Below are positions 1-13,800 of a DNA stretch of 64,000 nt, piece by piece. Made by a program: the position numbers and the translations under genes. Position 1 is the first letter of the stretch; each line of letters opens with the position of its first letter. This DNA is from Lingula anatina (lineage: Eukaryota; Animalia; Brachiopoda), in assembly GCA_051362555.1 (NCBI GenBank), contig CM120645.1, positions 2,790,001-2,854,000 of the forward strand, written 5' to 3'. The notes beneath the pieces are model-generated. The model was not told the DNA's origin. It was given only the letters and a program-made list of their open reading frames with translations, and searched no databases.

Positions 1-1
1 T

Positions 2-984
2 TTAAAGGACAACTCAGTGGGTTAGATTAATGTATAGGAGCAGGTTCTATGTAAAACTTTGATCAGATTTGTGTTTTGGGAGATTGTTTATTATTATATG
101 AATAAGTCTGGATCACAAAAGTCCTGTTAAGACAACTAGAATAAAGAATTAGAAAACGAAAACTATTTATCATGATTTCGGAGCACAGCCAGAAGTACTT
201 CCGGCTCAAGGTCACGACCTCGATTTTCCCACGCTTACGACCAATCACAGCAGGCTTCAGTCAGAATGAGACTGACTACACAGCGAAACTTGTCAGACAT
301 GTAAGTGCCGCCTGTCCATCTTTTCAGTACATGTACCGATCAAAAACAGAAAACGTAAAGCCCAAAACGCTCTTATACACGTAACCAACTTTGTATGAGC
401 ACAAATATTGTCATTTATTGTGAACAGGATAATATGATAATCAGACACACTTGAGACCTGTGAAGCGCATACTCACGTGTCGAGGAGTAGTTTCGCCATT
501 GCCTCGTATGTAAGTCCTAATTCAGCTTTAAGTGTCCTCCACCGCCCCACCTCCCTCCCAACATACACAGTCTGAGTGCTTCTTCGTCTGTCTCTAATTT
601 TATTTCGTATCTTTCGACCTGGAGTGGCTATTTTCTTTCGCCCCTTTTGTCTCTTCAGACTTGACGCGCGTCTGAGCCATGTTTGCTGTTTTGGCGCCAA
701 ATAGTAACATCCGGGTCTCAGCCGTAGTACTTTATTCATAGTAAACCGCGAGACTTAGCGAGAAATTGCGCGTTCTGAAGCCGTACTGTGAGGTGGTAGC
801 TGAGTATTTAAGACGAGTCGTCTTTTATTATTTAATGGAACTTAAAAACGGTATTAGGTAGCTTCATTTTCTGAACGGTTTTGGATAGGATATACCTTGG
901 TCATTATGGGGAAATTGGTGAGTTTTCCAGGAAAATTCATTTTCGTGCTATTTTAAGGGTTTAACGCACTGAGACTGTCTATAA
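2..984. mobile_element. Non-autonomous Kolobok-like DNA transposon in a SUCLG2 intron
   Basis: Starts ttaa|aggacaactcagtg and ends cactgagactgtct|ataa: an imperfect TIR with TTAA-like flanks, as in Kolobok. The interior is CpG-richer than the host intron and holds a decayed ORF (473-739, minus). Confidence 0.5.
473..739 (-). pseudogene. Decayed transposon-borne exon with a ZNF692/ZNF653 N-terminal-like motif
   Basis: RDRRRSTQTVYVGREVGRWRTLKAELGLTYEAMAKLLLD resembles the recalled ZNF692 N-terminus (LDARRSKCRIRLGGHMEQWCLLKERLGFSLHSQLAKFLLD). It ends at a GTGAGT donor-like site. The nearest good-context ATG (~680) is out of frame. Confidence 0.45.
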
Positions 985-1015
985 ATATTAAAAATAATTC
1001 AAATCATCAAAATAC

Positions 1016-1184
1016 CTGTTTATGATTATCTCCTTCAAATAACAAGTTAGTGGCCATCCTTTCTGCTATCTCATCTGTGATACCAGTCATAATGTCCACT
1101 GGTTCCTGAATGAAACAATGCGAAAACATTTAAATCAATAATGGGAAAAGGGAAGTGGGGATGGTGTGTGAGTGTCAGTGTTAA

Positions 1185-1219
<35 letters not shown>

Positions 1220-3834
1220 ACTGCCTCATAACAGTTGCTTTCCTGTGGTTAAACAAACACCCATATCACACTAAGTCATTATTGAAGACTGTAAAAACAA
1301 AATGCTTACGACACATAAAGACATTACTAGAACATTAAAAAGTCCCATTCAAATTGTGTGTGCTACACATATTTATACTGATATACTAGGGCTGCTGTGA
1401 TCAGGCAAAATACCACAAAATGTGACAGTGTGAGTCTAGTATAACCTGGAAGAACCCCACCCACCCCACCGTGTAAATGACCTAATTTTAAAGCAGTGAC
1501 CTGAAAGACCTCTCAGCTTTAGGGTTTCACTAAGTAGTAAATAAAAAAACAAGCAATAAAGCAGACATTCACAACGTATGAAACCCCATACTTTGAATAT
1601 CGCCTCTGGATTGTTCTCAGCCACCTCCTCGATGTCCATTCCTCCGTATGGGCTGCCTACTATCACGGGACCATTGCTTTCACGGTCCATGAGAATAGCC
1701 AGGTATCTCTCCTTGCCGTCCTCAATATCAAATGCTTCGGCTATCATTACCTGGAAGAAATGAATAACATAAATAAATGGCTTTTAAGTGTGAAATTAAC
1801 CAAACAGTTCTTTGGTTAAAGCGAAAAAGTGGTAGGATTTACAGATTGCTTCTTGTGGAGGACAAGTTTTTACTTTTTAATCATATTTTAATAGATTAAT
1901 GCCATGAATTAATGTTCATTTGCTCTATAAAAAAAAAAGTCAAAAAAACTTATAAAATAAATTTGAAAAAAAAAATAATAATAAGTGTAAAATCTTTTAA
2001 ACCAATAAACATATAATTTAAACAGTCAAAATCTTTTGTGTTAAATTCCTTACCTTCTGTACTAACACACCTTCTGGTGGAGTCTGTTTCGTCATAAGTC
2101 TGTGTCCTACCATATTAGATACAAAGTCGCCAACTTCTTTGGGACTGAAATGAAAAGAGTACAAGTAAAAACTTCAAGCATTATGTTTATTAACATTTTT
2201 GTCGCTTAAAATAGTGATGCGCATCTTTTAAGTCATCAAAACTTGTGCATATTTCAAATCAATTTTTTATATGCATTTTACTAAGTGGGATAAGAATAAG
2301 GCTGTATTCCCAGAGCTTTTAGATCGATCTATCCCTGCGAGGAGTCTCACTAGATTACTGTCAGATAATCCGGCTTAAATGTCTGTCCCGCCTACTACAA
2401 GCTGTAAGGGGGTAATTAACTTTTGTGTCCGCTCGGCTGACAGCTATTTAGCATGAACCCCCAGGGAGTTAGGATGATCTAAAGCAGATTGATCTAATCT
2501 CTGGAAATGGGGTCTAATTTAGAGATAGAAAACATATCACCAACGAATTATATTTTTGCTTGTCATATGACACTAGTTTGGCCAATAAGTGACCTGGTCT
2601 CATTCTTGGTATAATATAACACCAATCCAAAGTCTTGATGCTTGTCTTACTCCTTAGTCAACTTGACTCCTCCTTTGAAACCATTATCAAAGGTGCCTTT
2701 TCCTCTGCCTCCAGCCAATATCTGGGCTTTGATGACAAATTCTATAGGATCTGAAGGGAAAAGCATACACATAAAACTCAATATGTATAGAGACCATTTG
2801 ATTACACTGTCTGGTTACTTATCTTATCTGATCTTATTGAATAAAATTATTAAGTGTCAAATTACTAATGAATATATATGTTCACTGTTGAAATAGATGC
2901 TTCCTTTAGAAACCTTTAGTTTTTATTATCTTCTTATGCATTTTAACATTTTTGCGTACAATATGTGCATGCTTTTTAGGCAAATTTAAAATCTTGCTAT
3001 CCATGTCATATTTACAGAATGCATGTCATATCACAAAATAATAATAATAATTAAATGATAATATGGGGTGGTGCTAACACTTGCCATTTTAGCACAAAGC
3101 TAAAACCGACTTAAGTTGGCTAAACAATTTAGGGTTGGTTTAATTCATTTTGTCAAATATTAACCATTTGGACATAAAAAGTGGTGCCCCTGAATTGAGC
3201 AATATAGTGACACCTGAAAAAAAGTGCTGCAAGGTAATGATTTGGCTTAGGAAAAAAAAATGCTAGCGCTACCCCAGGCAATATAATAATAATAATAATA
3301 ATGACAAACTGAACCTACTGAGTTTTTTGGCAATTACTTCAGCCTCGGCTCCACCCTTCTCTGCCATGAGAAACCTCTGTACTGCCAACCCATGGGAATC
3401 CATCAGCTCCTTACTCTGGTATTCGTGAAGGTTCAGCCATCTTTTCTGAACTGCTGCAGCACAAACTGGCTGGAGGACAAATATTTTTAAAAACTATTTC
3501 ACATTGTCAAATCATCTCGGCATCTGATTCATGATACATGTAAGAGGAAACCATTTACGAGATGCATTTATGATTGATAACACTCCCTTTCGGATTAGAG
3601 CCATGCTTAACCTAGCAAAGCTAGAATTTGGAAATGAATCGCCAAGGTCAACTTGAAGAAGGTGATATTTAGAAGACATCATAAACTGTGCCTAGCACCG
3701 GCAAGTGCACCAAAGCATGCTTATGCATTGATTATCTGCTTTAATCTTTTGAAACCACATCATTATTGCTTTACCTGGGACTGAAGCAACTTTAAACTAG
3801 CAGCAGATCGGAGGCAGCGGCACAGCGAAGCCAT
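1016..3834 (-). CDS. SUCLG2: Succinyl-CoA ligase [GDP-forming] beta subunit, mitochondrial; first six coding exons, gene continues left of the window
   Basis: Exons 3775-3834 ([20 protein letters not shown], presequence-like), 3319-3469 ([14 protein letters not shown]), 2651-2750 ([13 protein letters not shown]), 2054-2144 ([12 protein letters not shown]), 1592-1750 ([29 protein letters not shown]) and 1016-1105. All introns are GT-AG and phase-consistent. WLNLxEYQSK and [12 protein letters not shown] fit SUCLG2 better than SUCLA2. Confidence 0.93.
1185..1217. repeat. Poly-G tract (~33 nt), intronic
   Basis: Uninterrupted G run. Confidence 0.95.
2298..2518. mobile_element. Short MITE-like element, same family as 29810-30069
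   Basis: Imperfect terminal inverted repeats (ggctgtattcccagag / ctctggaaatggggtc). The internal gcttaaatgtctgtcccgcctactacaagctgtaagggg matches the reverse complement of ~29944-29982. Confidence 0.55.
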
Positions 3835-4841
3835 GTTTGATCTCGGTGTGAATATGCGAGATAATACGAGACAAAATTTTAACGCAATTCTTAATAAGCC
3901 AAACAATTAGTCCTTAAATTATATTGAATGTTATAATCACACATGTACACTTTAGAAATAAATTAACCTTCTACGAACTTTTTGAATGCATTTCCAATAT
4001 CATGAATTTAAAGTGGATAGGTCAGTTGACTACTATTTAATATGAAATCCAGAGGAAAAAAAACAGGCCTTATTCGTTCGCAAAGAGAACATCCTGGACA
4101 TTTTTCATCCTGGTCTCTCTGGAAGACCCCGGACGAAAACATTGTAAAACGTGCTTTATACACGTGGGTAAGTCCCAAATGGTTGTCAAAACTTCGGCGA
4201 AGGTTGTAAGGAATTTCGAGATGTAAAATTTGGCCTAGTTTAAAGAGAACAGAGCCATAAATTACCTCATTATGATGGAACAGTCAAAACAGACTTCATT
4301 TTGCAAATGGCGGTTTGTTTTACACGTTTGCTGCCACAGGTGTGAGTTGAAGTAGAATGAGAGAAATAAAGATAAAACATATAACATCCGATTCCTTAGC
4401 ATTTTAATTTCCTCTTATATTTTAAAAGTTTTATTAATATATGCATTAATATAAATTAAAATTTTCTTTAATTTCAAGATTATTTATGCAATTTTTATTA
4501 TAAATTTTATGTATTTTTATATTTTATGTATTTCAAAAAAATATGTGTCTTCCAGCTTCATGGCCAAAAAAAAAAAAAATAATAATAATAATAAATAAAT
4601 AATAATAAAATTTAAAAAATAAAAAAAGGATCACAATAATGGAAAAATAATTTGCCTGAAGTGAAGCTTGGTCGGAATGAAACACTGAACGTTCAAATAC
4701 ATGTATTCTTTGAACTATTCAGTAGATTTTTTTTTACAAATATATTTTTCACTGAAAAACTTTGTTATAAGTTCTTTTCTTCCTCTCTTGCTTTTGTATT
4801 TTTTCCTAAAATGTAGAATACTGTTGATGTTGATTTTTAGA
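3835..4841. promoter_or_regulatory. Bidirectional promoter/5'UTR region shared by SUCLG2 and DMTF1
   Basis: The two start codons diverge ~1 kb apart. There is local CpG enrichment, an E-box CACGTG (~4161) followed by a GTAAGT donor of a probable non-coding DMTF1 exon, and a YY1-like CAAATGGCGG (~4304). Confidence 0.6.
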
Positions 4842-7788
4842 ATGGCAGAGGACAACTGTAGTTTAGATCAAGTAGAGACAGAAGATGAGATAGGAAAGAT
4901 AGAAGATGGAAAGGGTACAGTATGGTTGAAAATCAGCATTTAAACATTTTTGACTGTTTCTCATTAATTAAAAAAATTTAAAGGTATATAATAAACAGGA
5001 TTTATCTAGCAAAATTAATTTTCCCGTCACTCATCATTGCTGGTCCTGCCCCTGCCTTGGATTTGACGTGTAATGTCATTTTCAAAGAGGTCACCGTTTG
5101 TAAGGTAATCACTTCTTTTCTTTCAAAGTCATAATTTAAACCTCATTTTCAGGAGGTGTGCATTTGGTTGATGGAGAAAGTGGCACAGTAATTACAGGGA
5201 TTTTGGAAGAAGGAGAAGGACACATGAGTCATTCAGATAGCCTTGGAGGTGAGTTATGAACTGCTATGATCCTGGTCACTGTCCTTTTTATCCATGCACA
5301 TAGTTTTATTTTTGATGGTCACGGGCGATATATCTAAAAGTACTGTCACATTTGCAATAAATAATTCTCAACAGATTGATGGCATGACAACACTGTCTTA
5401 CACATCAAAATTGTAGAATGTATAAGCCCATGATTTTGAACTTATTTATTTTGATTCGCATTTCTAGATAGGGTATTTTAAAGGTGCATTTAGTTATTTC
5501 ATATGTTGTTTCAGGAGGTGATAGTTTGGACAGTAGCTTGTTGCAATCAAATGCCAATGTCCATGTGGAGACTATAGAGGATGAGGATAAACTGAGCCAT
5601 GTGATCATTTATGCACAGGCTGACCCAGGTAAGAAAGTGTGTGTGCACGGGCGTATGTGCATGCGCAGGCATTTGTGTGTGACTGTGTTGTTCAGTTTTT
5701 GCAAGATACACAATGATGTTGATTTGTACTTATAAACAGCAAAACTGATTGATAATTGTATAAAAGAGAGTGACCGAAAAGGGAAAAAAATTCATAATTT
5801 GAAATAATGTTGGTCAGTTTGAAATGTTATTAGATCATGGGCCTGTGACAAAGCCAACATCGTTTACACTTGCAAAAGGGTAAATGAATTCGATTTTTCC
5901 ATGGTTATGACTATGGATCTCAAAAGATGGACTTCATGTGAGGATTTTTCTATATTGAAGGAGGAGACAGCCAGCTAGGGCAGGCGGAGAACCTGGATGG
6001 CCATCCCCCACGTAAGAGATATAGGGTAGAACAGGAAGACGGGCAGACATACATACTTACTGTGACAGGTATTATTGAGGACAGACAATGGGCATTAGAT
6101 ACTTATATTATAGTAAATTAAAAATTCCTTCATTTATTTCTTAAACACCAAGGTATACCATATCTGACAATCTAAAAATATTCAGACAAAGAATTATGCT
6201 CTTTAAACCCAAATTCGAGTTTTAATCCTAGCAGTAGTTGTTTGCCCAATACTCCAAAAGTAAATAAGCAAGAATGAAACAAAAAGAATAGCTGTGATAT
6301 TTACTGACATTGATTTTTTTCTTTCAGATCCTGATGGAAATTATGCCTTAGAGGCAGCAGAAGATGGTGAAGATGTGACAGATGCCAGCGCTGTAAGTTT
6401 ATGATTTATACTTATAACACTTTTGGATTCTTGTAATTCTACATATCTTGGAGATAAGATTTTTTTAGGTAAACTGATAAATTGAAATATCAATTCTAGA
6501 TAAATCTAGTTTATGTCACATAACAGTGAAAAGATTCTCTATTTTATAGTTTATGAATATATTTTATGTGTAAGAGATAGTATGTTTTCAATTTCAAGAC
6601 CCAGTTTGAATTTCCAAATGTTAAGAACTTCAAAGAAATCAAAACAGTACATTAGTGGCCTGATATAATTAATATATTTACACAAGCAGAGAGAATGCTC
6701 TTCCTGTTTTAGTCTAGTTCAGGTGTGGCATCACCTAAGCCAACAGATATCACCCAGTCATGGTTTACAAACAGGGAGGAGAAGACTGCTCTACACAGCA
6801 AAGGTATTTTTTCTTTGTAAATACACTTCTACAAATATCTAGCACCTAACACATGTACAAAAGTCTAACAATTATGAAAAGATTACTGACAATCTGTGCA
6901 CCCCTGAAGTGACTCATATTTTCACTTTTTTTGTGGAATGATCCACATGTAGGCTTTTTACCTCTGCCGAGGATGTTTTGTTTTCACCCCTGTTTGTCTC
7001 TGTCTGTCTGTCTGTTTGTCATCAACATAACTCAAAAAGTTATGGATTGATTTTGATGAAATTTTCAGGGCAGGTGGGAAATGGTTAATTTAGAATTGAT
7101 TAGTTTTTGGTGGTGATCCAGATCAATAATCAATAATAATAAAAAATCACTGCCTTGTTGGAGGTCTGTGCTCTCGGAGTGCTTTTCTAGTTTTAGCCTT
7201 TATATAATTTGCAAATTTCTTAGAAATTTAATGATTTGTTTTACATCACACAAAGAGTCAGATGCCTTGTATCCCCTTTAGACATTTAGCCAAGCAGATA
7301 TCGTGAAAGCATGAGAAGACAGATTTTAAACAGTTTTACCACAGTTAAAATAGTTCACAATTTAGAAACCTTATTGATTATTCCAGGTGTTAAATGGAAA
7401 CAAGGGCAGTGGTCCAAAGAGGAAGTTGATCTTCTTCAAATGAACATTGTCAACTACTGCAAGTCCCATGGCATAGCAGACCCCACCGAGATCATCTTTG
7501 AAATGTCAAAGGATGAGCGCAAAGATTTCTATCGCCGTATAGCTGTTGGTCTGGAGCGCCCCCTATTTTCTGTGTACAGGCGTGTTATTAGGATGTATGA
7601 TCAGAAGAATCACATGGGGAAGTACACGCCTGAGGAAATTGAAAAATTAAGGGAGTAAGTGCATTTAGTGGAAAAAGAAAGTCTTAAATAGCTTTGTTTT
7701 AATATTATTATTTTATGAAGTTACTTGGTAGGGCTTGGAAGAATTCTTAGAAGACTGTTGCATTGGAATTTGTTTTTATTTATTATAA

Positions 7789-7848
<60 letters not shown>

Positions 7849-10800
7849 TAACAACACTCCAATTTTGAAGTAATTTTTATGAAGTGATGAAACCATAAAA
7901 GATCACCCGGAATTTTACATAACATGTAATAACCTTAAAGAACAAGTTGGCTTTAAAGGTCATTTCCACTGAAAGTGACCTTACCTTAAAACAAGCATAC
8001 GACAAGTCACAGAGTGAATACAGCATAATGCACTGAAAATATTAAACATTCAAACTCTGTTCTACCTCAGGTTGAAGGTAAAATATGGTACGGACTGGGC
8101 GCGGATTGGGCAGGCTCTGGGCCGCAGTGCAGCCTCCGTCAAAGACAGGTGCCGGCTGATGAAAGACACCTGTAACTCAGGTACCTGGACACTGTTTTTA
8201 ACTGGATTAATAATAATAATAATAATAATAATATTCAGCTAATGTATATGTGCAAAATATGTATCAGAAATTTGAATACTAATGGAGATCTTAAAAGTGA
8301 TTAAAAATGGTAATGATAATAATAAAAGCTTGGAAGTTAAAGACGTGGAATAAAATTCATACTAAGGCTTTAATTATATGCATAAAGAAATAGAATATCC
8401 AGAAACTTTGCATTCATTTTAAGATAAGATTGATGCTGACAGCTATTACATTAATAGAATTTCTTTTTAATTTTAAGGAAAATTTTCTTAAATGGAATTT
8501 GCATTCCAATAATCCTTTACTGTTCTATTAAATAACTTTATCATGATAGTTTTTATCCTGTTACAAAGATATAATGTGATCACATTGTTCTGCATTCACA
8601 CAGGCAAGTGGCTGAATGATGAAGAGAAGAGACTGGCGGAGGCAGTGATGAATTTAACAGGAGGAAAGCAGGGTAAGAGGTGGAATACTGCAGGGAATAT
8701 GTTGTCAGTGTCTGTCATTTGTATATATTTTGAATTAGTTTGGGTAAATGAAAAATATTTGATTTCTTATCATCAATACAGCATAACTTCTATTAAAGTC
8801 TAGCATCCCATTTGCAGTTCATACACAATTATTTTTATTTATTTATTTTATTATTATTATTTATTTATTTTTGTAACCTTTTGAAACCTTTTGAAAATCT
8901 AATCTGCTCATATTCCTAAGTCAGGACCCAGATCTTCTATTCTCACATTTTCATGTGAGAAGCGAGGTCAAAGGTCAGTCTATGATAGTTGCGTTGTGTT
9001 TCCAGGTGACAGTGTGACCAGTGGGCTGTCCTGGGCAGCTGTGGCCGACCACGTGAAGACGAGGTCTGAGAAACAGTGCCGGACAAAATGGCTGAACTAC
9101 CTCAACTGGAAGAACAAAGGAGGAACAGACTGGACACGAGATGATGACATACAGCTCACTCTCAGGTGGTTATCTCAGTGGTTCTTGTCACTGATATTTT
9201 GTAAGATACAAGCGTTTAATGCTGGTGGCTTATCTTATTTTGCAGTCTGATTTTGATAGGTAAAATTTGTCTTCTCTTTCTTCATGAATTAAAATGAAAA
9301 GAAATTTAAATATACTTGGCTCAATGAATTTCACTAACATAATTAAGATTACCATTTTACCCTCTGACAATTAAAAACATTCCCATTTTTGTATCAGTGA
9401 ATCAATTCATGAAAAGTCTTCTTTTTTATTAGAATCATTGAGAGTGGAGTAAATGATGAGAATGAAGTTGACTGGGAGGGACTGACCAGGAATTGGAGCA
9501 GGTTAGTAAACCAGAGGGTAGTTTTAGCAAAGTATTAAATTAACAATATATTATCTTTCAGTACTATCATGTCAATAATTAATCCTGTCAAGATTTCATG
9601 AAAGTCTCAACCACTTATAACAATCAAAAGAAATGTAGAAATTTTTTTGCCAATATCTTGAGGAATAAACAGATACTTTCCCAGCTGGTGTTTCTTCTGC
9701 TTACAGTCAGACTTCATCAGTACAGACTGTGATAGATGTGAAATCTTATCCCCTGGCCCTCACATTGTTGTTGGCTGATATCCTTTCAGTAGGGCCCACA
9801 CTTAAATGTTCCATACACTTCAGACTTGGATTCAGGTCCACAGTCATCTCGTAGTTATAAGCAGACATTTCATTTTCTATTATTCATAGTGCCAGGTCCC
9901 CACAGTGGCTACGAGGAAAATGGTGGCAGCTCAAGAGACATGTGCCTGATTACCATGCCCTGAGTCTTCAAGGTAAGATCTGCTACCTGGATACTTAAAA
10001 AATAAAGGATCATGAAGATGATATTGCTCCATGTTATATTCTTCTAATTTACCATATTAAGTGGTCTTTGTGCAGTTTCTCTCTCATATGTTAACATGTG
10101 TTTATTTTCTGTACTCTTTATTCAGAGATAGCTGCCAACCTGAGTGAAATGCATTCCCAGAACATCCGCAGCAAACCTCAGACCAATGCTGTCAGGTTTA
10201 CTTCACTGCCTCGTGTTAGTGTGGTACAGCAAGCGGGTGGTACGGGGGTGCTCCATGTACCCATTACTGTACAGTCAGGTGGGTATGGTACAGTGTGGTA
10301 CAGCAAGGGGGTGGTACAGCAAAAGGGTGGTACAGGGGTGCTCCATGTACCCATTACTGTACAGTCAGGTGGGTGTGGTACAGCAAGGGGGTGGTACAGC
10401 AAAAGGGTGGTACAGGGGCGCTCCATGTACCCATCACTGTACAGTCAGGTGGGTATGGTAGAGTGTGGTACAGCAAGCGGTTGGTACAGGGGTGCTACAT
10501 GTACCCACAACTGTCACAGAAAAATTAAACAAATTTAAACATGGTGGAATTTTTTGTAATGATACCTGATATATATTGTGATTAATAAATAAGTTTTTAA
10601 AAAGTCATTTTATTTTAATGGTTGCTTACTAAACATTATTCAGTCCTGGAGCATCTTTCCTGCTATATATGTGTACATGTATGCTGCATTTATTCACAGG
10701 TCAAACAGTGGCGGCCCTGTCTACAGAAGAGACAGATGGAGCTTCGTTCCAGGCATATGAACTAGTCCAGGGTCTGCCCACCAGTTCTGGGGCCTTCCTC

Positions 10801-13800
10801 ATCACCCAGCCACAGACCAACCCACATATATCCTTTGCTACTGGAGGGATGGCCACAGATCATATCATAGTCCACACACTGCCCATGTCCAGTACTCAGG
10901 TCAGTGTGTGTGCGTGCGTGTGTGCGTGCATGCATGTGTGTGTAGGAGTGTGTGTGTAGGAGGCATTTGAATTACAATTTTTGAAATGCAGTTCTCTAAT
11001 GAGCTTTCAGTGTTTAATTTCTCATAAGTGACAGAATATTTATAAGTTATAGAAAACTTACTTGATTAAAAGAAATAGAAACTGAAACTTAAAAAAAAAT
11101 GAAAATTAAATTTTTCTTTCTGACAGCTTCCAGACTCCATGAGAAGCAATGAGAATGAGACGATGCAGCTGAACCACCTGAACTTTAAACTTTCAAAAAA
11201 ATGAAAATTAAATTTTTCTTTCTGACAGCTTCCAGACTCCATGAGGAGCAATGAGAACGTGACGATGCAGCTGAACAACCTGAAATTTAAACTTTCAAAA
11301 AAAAAAAAAAATGAAAATAAAATTATTATTTTTCTGACAGCTCCCAGACTCCATGAGAAGCAATGAGAACGTGACAGTGCAGCTGAACCATCTGAACCAG
11401 TCCCAGGTGATCATCCAGACCCAGCAGGGAGAGCAGAGGGTGGTTGCACTGGACATGTCTGCAGCAGGACAGGGGATAGAGGATGGGGAGCAGGACGTTG
11501 TGCCCCTCGCCCAGGCCTCACAGCAACCACCTGAACTGGGGCAGGTGGAGCTCAGCACTGATGCGCTGTCGGAGATAAAGGTACGCAGGTTTTTTTTTTT
11601 TTTTATGTATTGGGTGAAAAAAAAGGTTTAGTGGAATTTCCGTTTTTTGTATGTAGTAAGGGACTTCTATTTTTTTTCTTATTTGTTTATGTATTGGGTA
11701 ATAAACAATATAGAATCAGTTTTTCAGTCTGGTAAAGGACTATGCAATATGGGTTTAGCTGTAATTTTTTATTTGTGCTTCAAGAAGGAAGATATAAAAT
11801 ATTGCAGTAGCATGGCAGTGGAAATTTATTACCTTCATTGCATCATGCAAACAATAGTGTTTTACAATATTTTTTAAGCCTTCGAAACAATTCACACGTA
11901 GAAAAATGAAAAAGTTTAATTTATGAAGCATAATCTTAGTGTCACACTAGCATTATTTTTGATTGATCAGTGATTTTCCAGTTTTTAAATCAAAGAGGTG
12001 ATTAATAAGTAAAACAATCAAAGTGTGTTTCATTTCTTTTAGCCTAAGTAAATTAAATCAAAATCAAATCTAAGTATTGGACAAAGCATTTTCTTCCCTG
12101 ATCCTAGGAATCGATTTCACACACAAAAGTGTTGCCTGGTGTACAGTAAGCATCGTTCCATTGTTTATTGTTTTGATACATTATCATGCAGTGTTCTCTT
12201 GCAGCACCATTGTTGGGTTCTCCGGGGCTCCAGTTTGTGTAATTGAATGTTTCTCCATTCTCCCACTGCCACTTGTTTTCTTGCACTCTGTCATGTCCAC
12301 CAAGGAAAGATGTAGCACCTTGAAAAAACCAAAATGAAAATGAAAAACATTCTGATAACTGGCACCACAGGTGGTTTATGAAATAGTTAAAGTTTTTTAT
12401 GCAGTTGTCAAATGAGTGTGTAATTTGAAAATTTTATGGTTGGTTAGTTAATTCATTGAGGTACATAATTGTAAAAATTCTTACTTGATATTCCTGGTAT
12501 TTTATTTATTGTACCACCAGCGTTAGCGCTGGCGGTACACATGGTTTCGGTCTCGTCCGGATCGTTCCGCCGGCTCCGCCGGACGGCTACCGTTACCGCT
12601 TCTCCTCCTAGACGGTAAGGCCCCCCATACCCATCTCATGGATTTAGGTCACCTATAATCTCAACTCGTTCCACGTAAAATTTGGGCTTTGTCGGTATTG
12701 GGGTCTGGGTGTGGCACTCATTGCAATGCACCCTTGTCTAAAAATGGCAAAATTAAATGCTAATTATCTACCCTACGGAAGGAGTTATGGGAAAAATTTC
12801 TATAGACGGCTTTCCAAAAGTCATATGTGTAGATTTCAAATATACCCTTGGATTTGACCTTTGACCTTTACTTCAAGGTCAAATGGGCCAAAATTTTCAA
12901 AAAAATGAAATTTTTTACGAAAAAAATTTTTTTTGCCCTGTTATTCAGACACCACACAGACTTAACCAATAATATTACTGGAAAGTGTTACCCTTCAGGT
13001 CATCTTTCATCTCCATGAATTTGGGGTCAATCGGTGCATTTTCATGGGAATAGCGGCCATAAGATACCGAAACTGAAAACTGTCTCTAATTCGGGAACCG
13101 TTAATGCTAGAGACCCATTCTTTTTTGCATTTTGTAGAGCATGTAAAGCCCAACACTGGAGGTGGTCTCGGTTTTTTTGTATTCCATACGGTTTTCGAGT
13201 TACGCTGTATCAAAAAGTACATATTGGTGGTAAAAGCAAAATGTGCAGTACGGTAATGGATAATAAATTTTGAACTCTGGAAAAATAAAACATTAGGCTT
13301 GGCAAAGCAGACAACTTGTGTTCAAAAATGACATTATTTCATCAAATTTGAACTTCTGAAACTTCAGAGCACCTCTTATTTCAAGAATTTTGACCAAAAT
13401 GACATTTTCTTTATTTTAATTAATTTTTTCTGTACGAAATTTAAGGCACATTATGGTAACTCCAAAATTATAACATTTAGTCCCTTATATCTCCAAAACT
13501 GGCAGAGATAGGTCTATAGTTACTATTGAAGTTGAATAGGAAGTCATATAATGGCAATCTATATGTGACCTTAAAATTGACCTTTGACCTACTTTTCACC
13601 ATGAACTGAACTTTGCAAATTTTTCTTCCCTTTTATCTCCAAAACTGGCAGAGATAGGTCCATAGTTACTATTGAACTTGAATAGGAAGTCATATACTGG
13701 CAATCTATATGTGACCTTAAAATTGACCTTTGACCTACTTTTCACCATGAACTGAACTTTGAAAATTTTTCTTCCATTTTATCGCCAAAACTGGCAGAGA

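Noticed and set aside
1071-1338. Poly-Pro and poly-Gly ORFs
   Set aside because: Translations of an intronic poly-G tract; the real exon here is SUCLG2 1016-1105.
10144-10528. Cys/Trp-rich ORFs in alternative frames
   Set aside because: Alternative frames of the minisatellite overlapping the DMTF1 exon.
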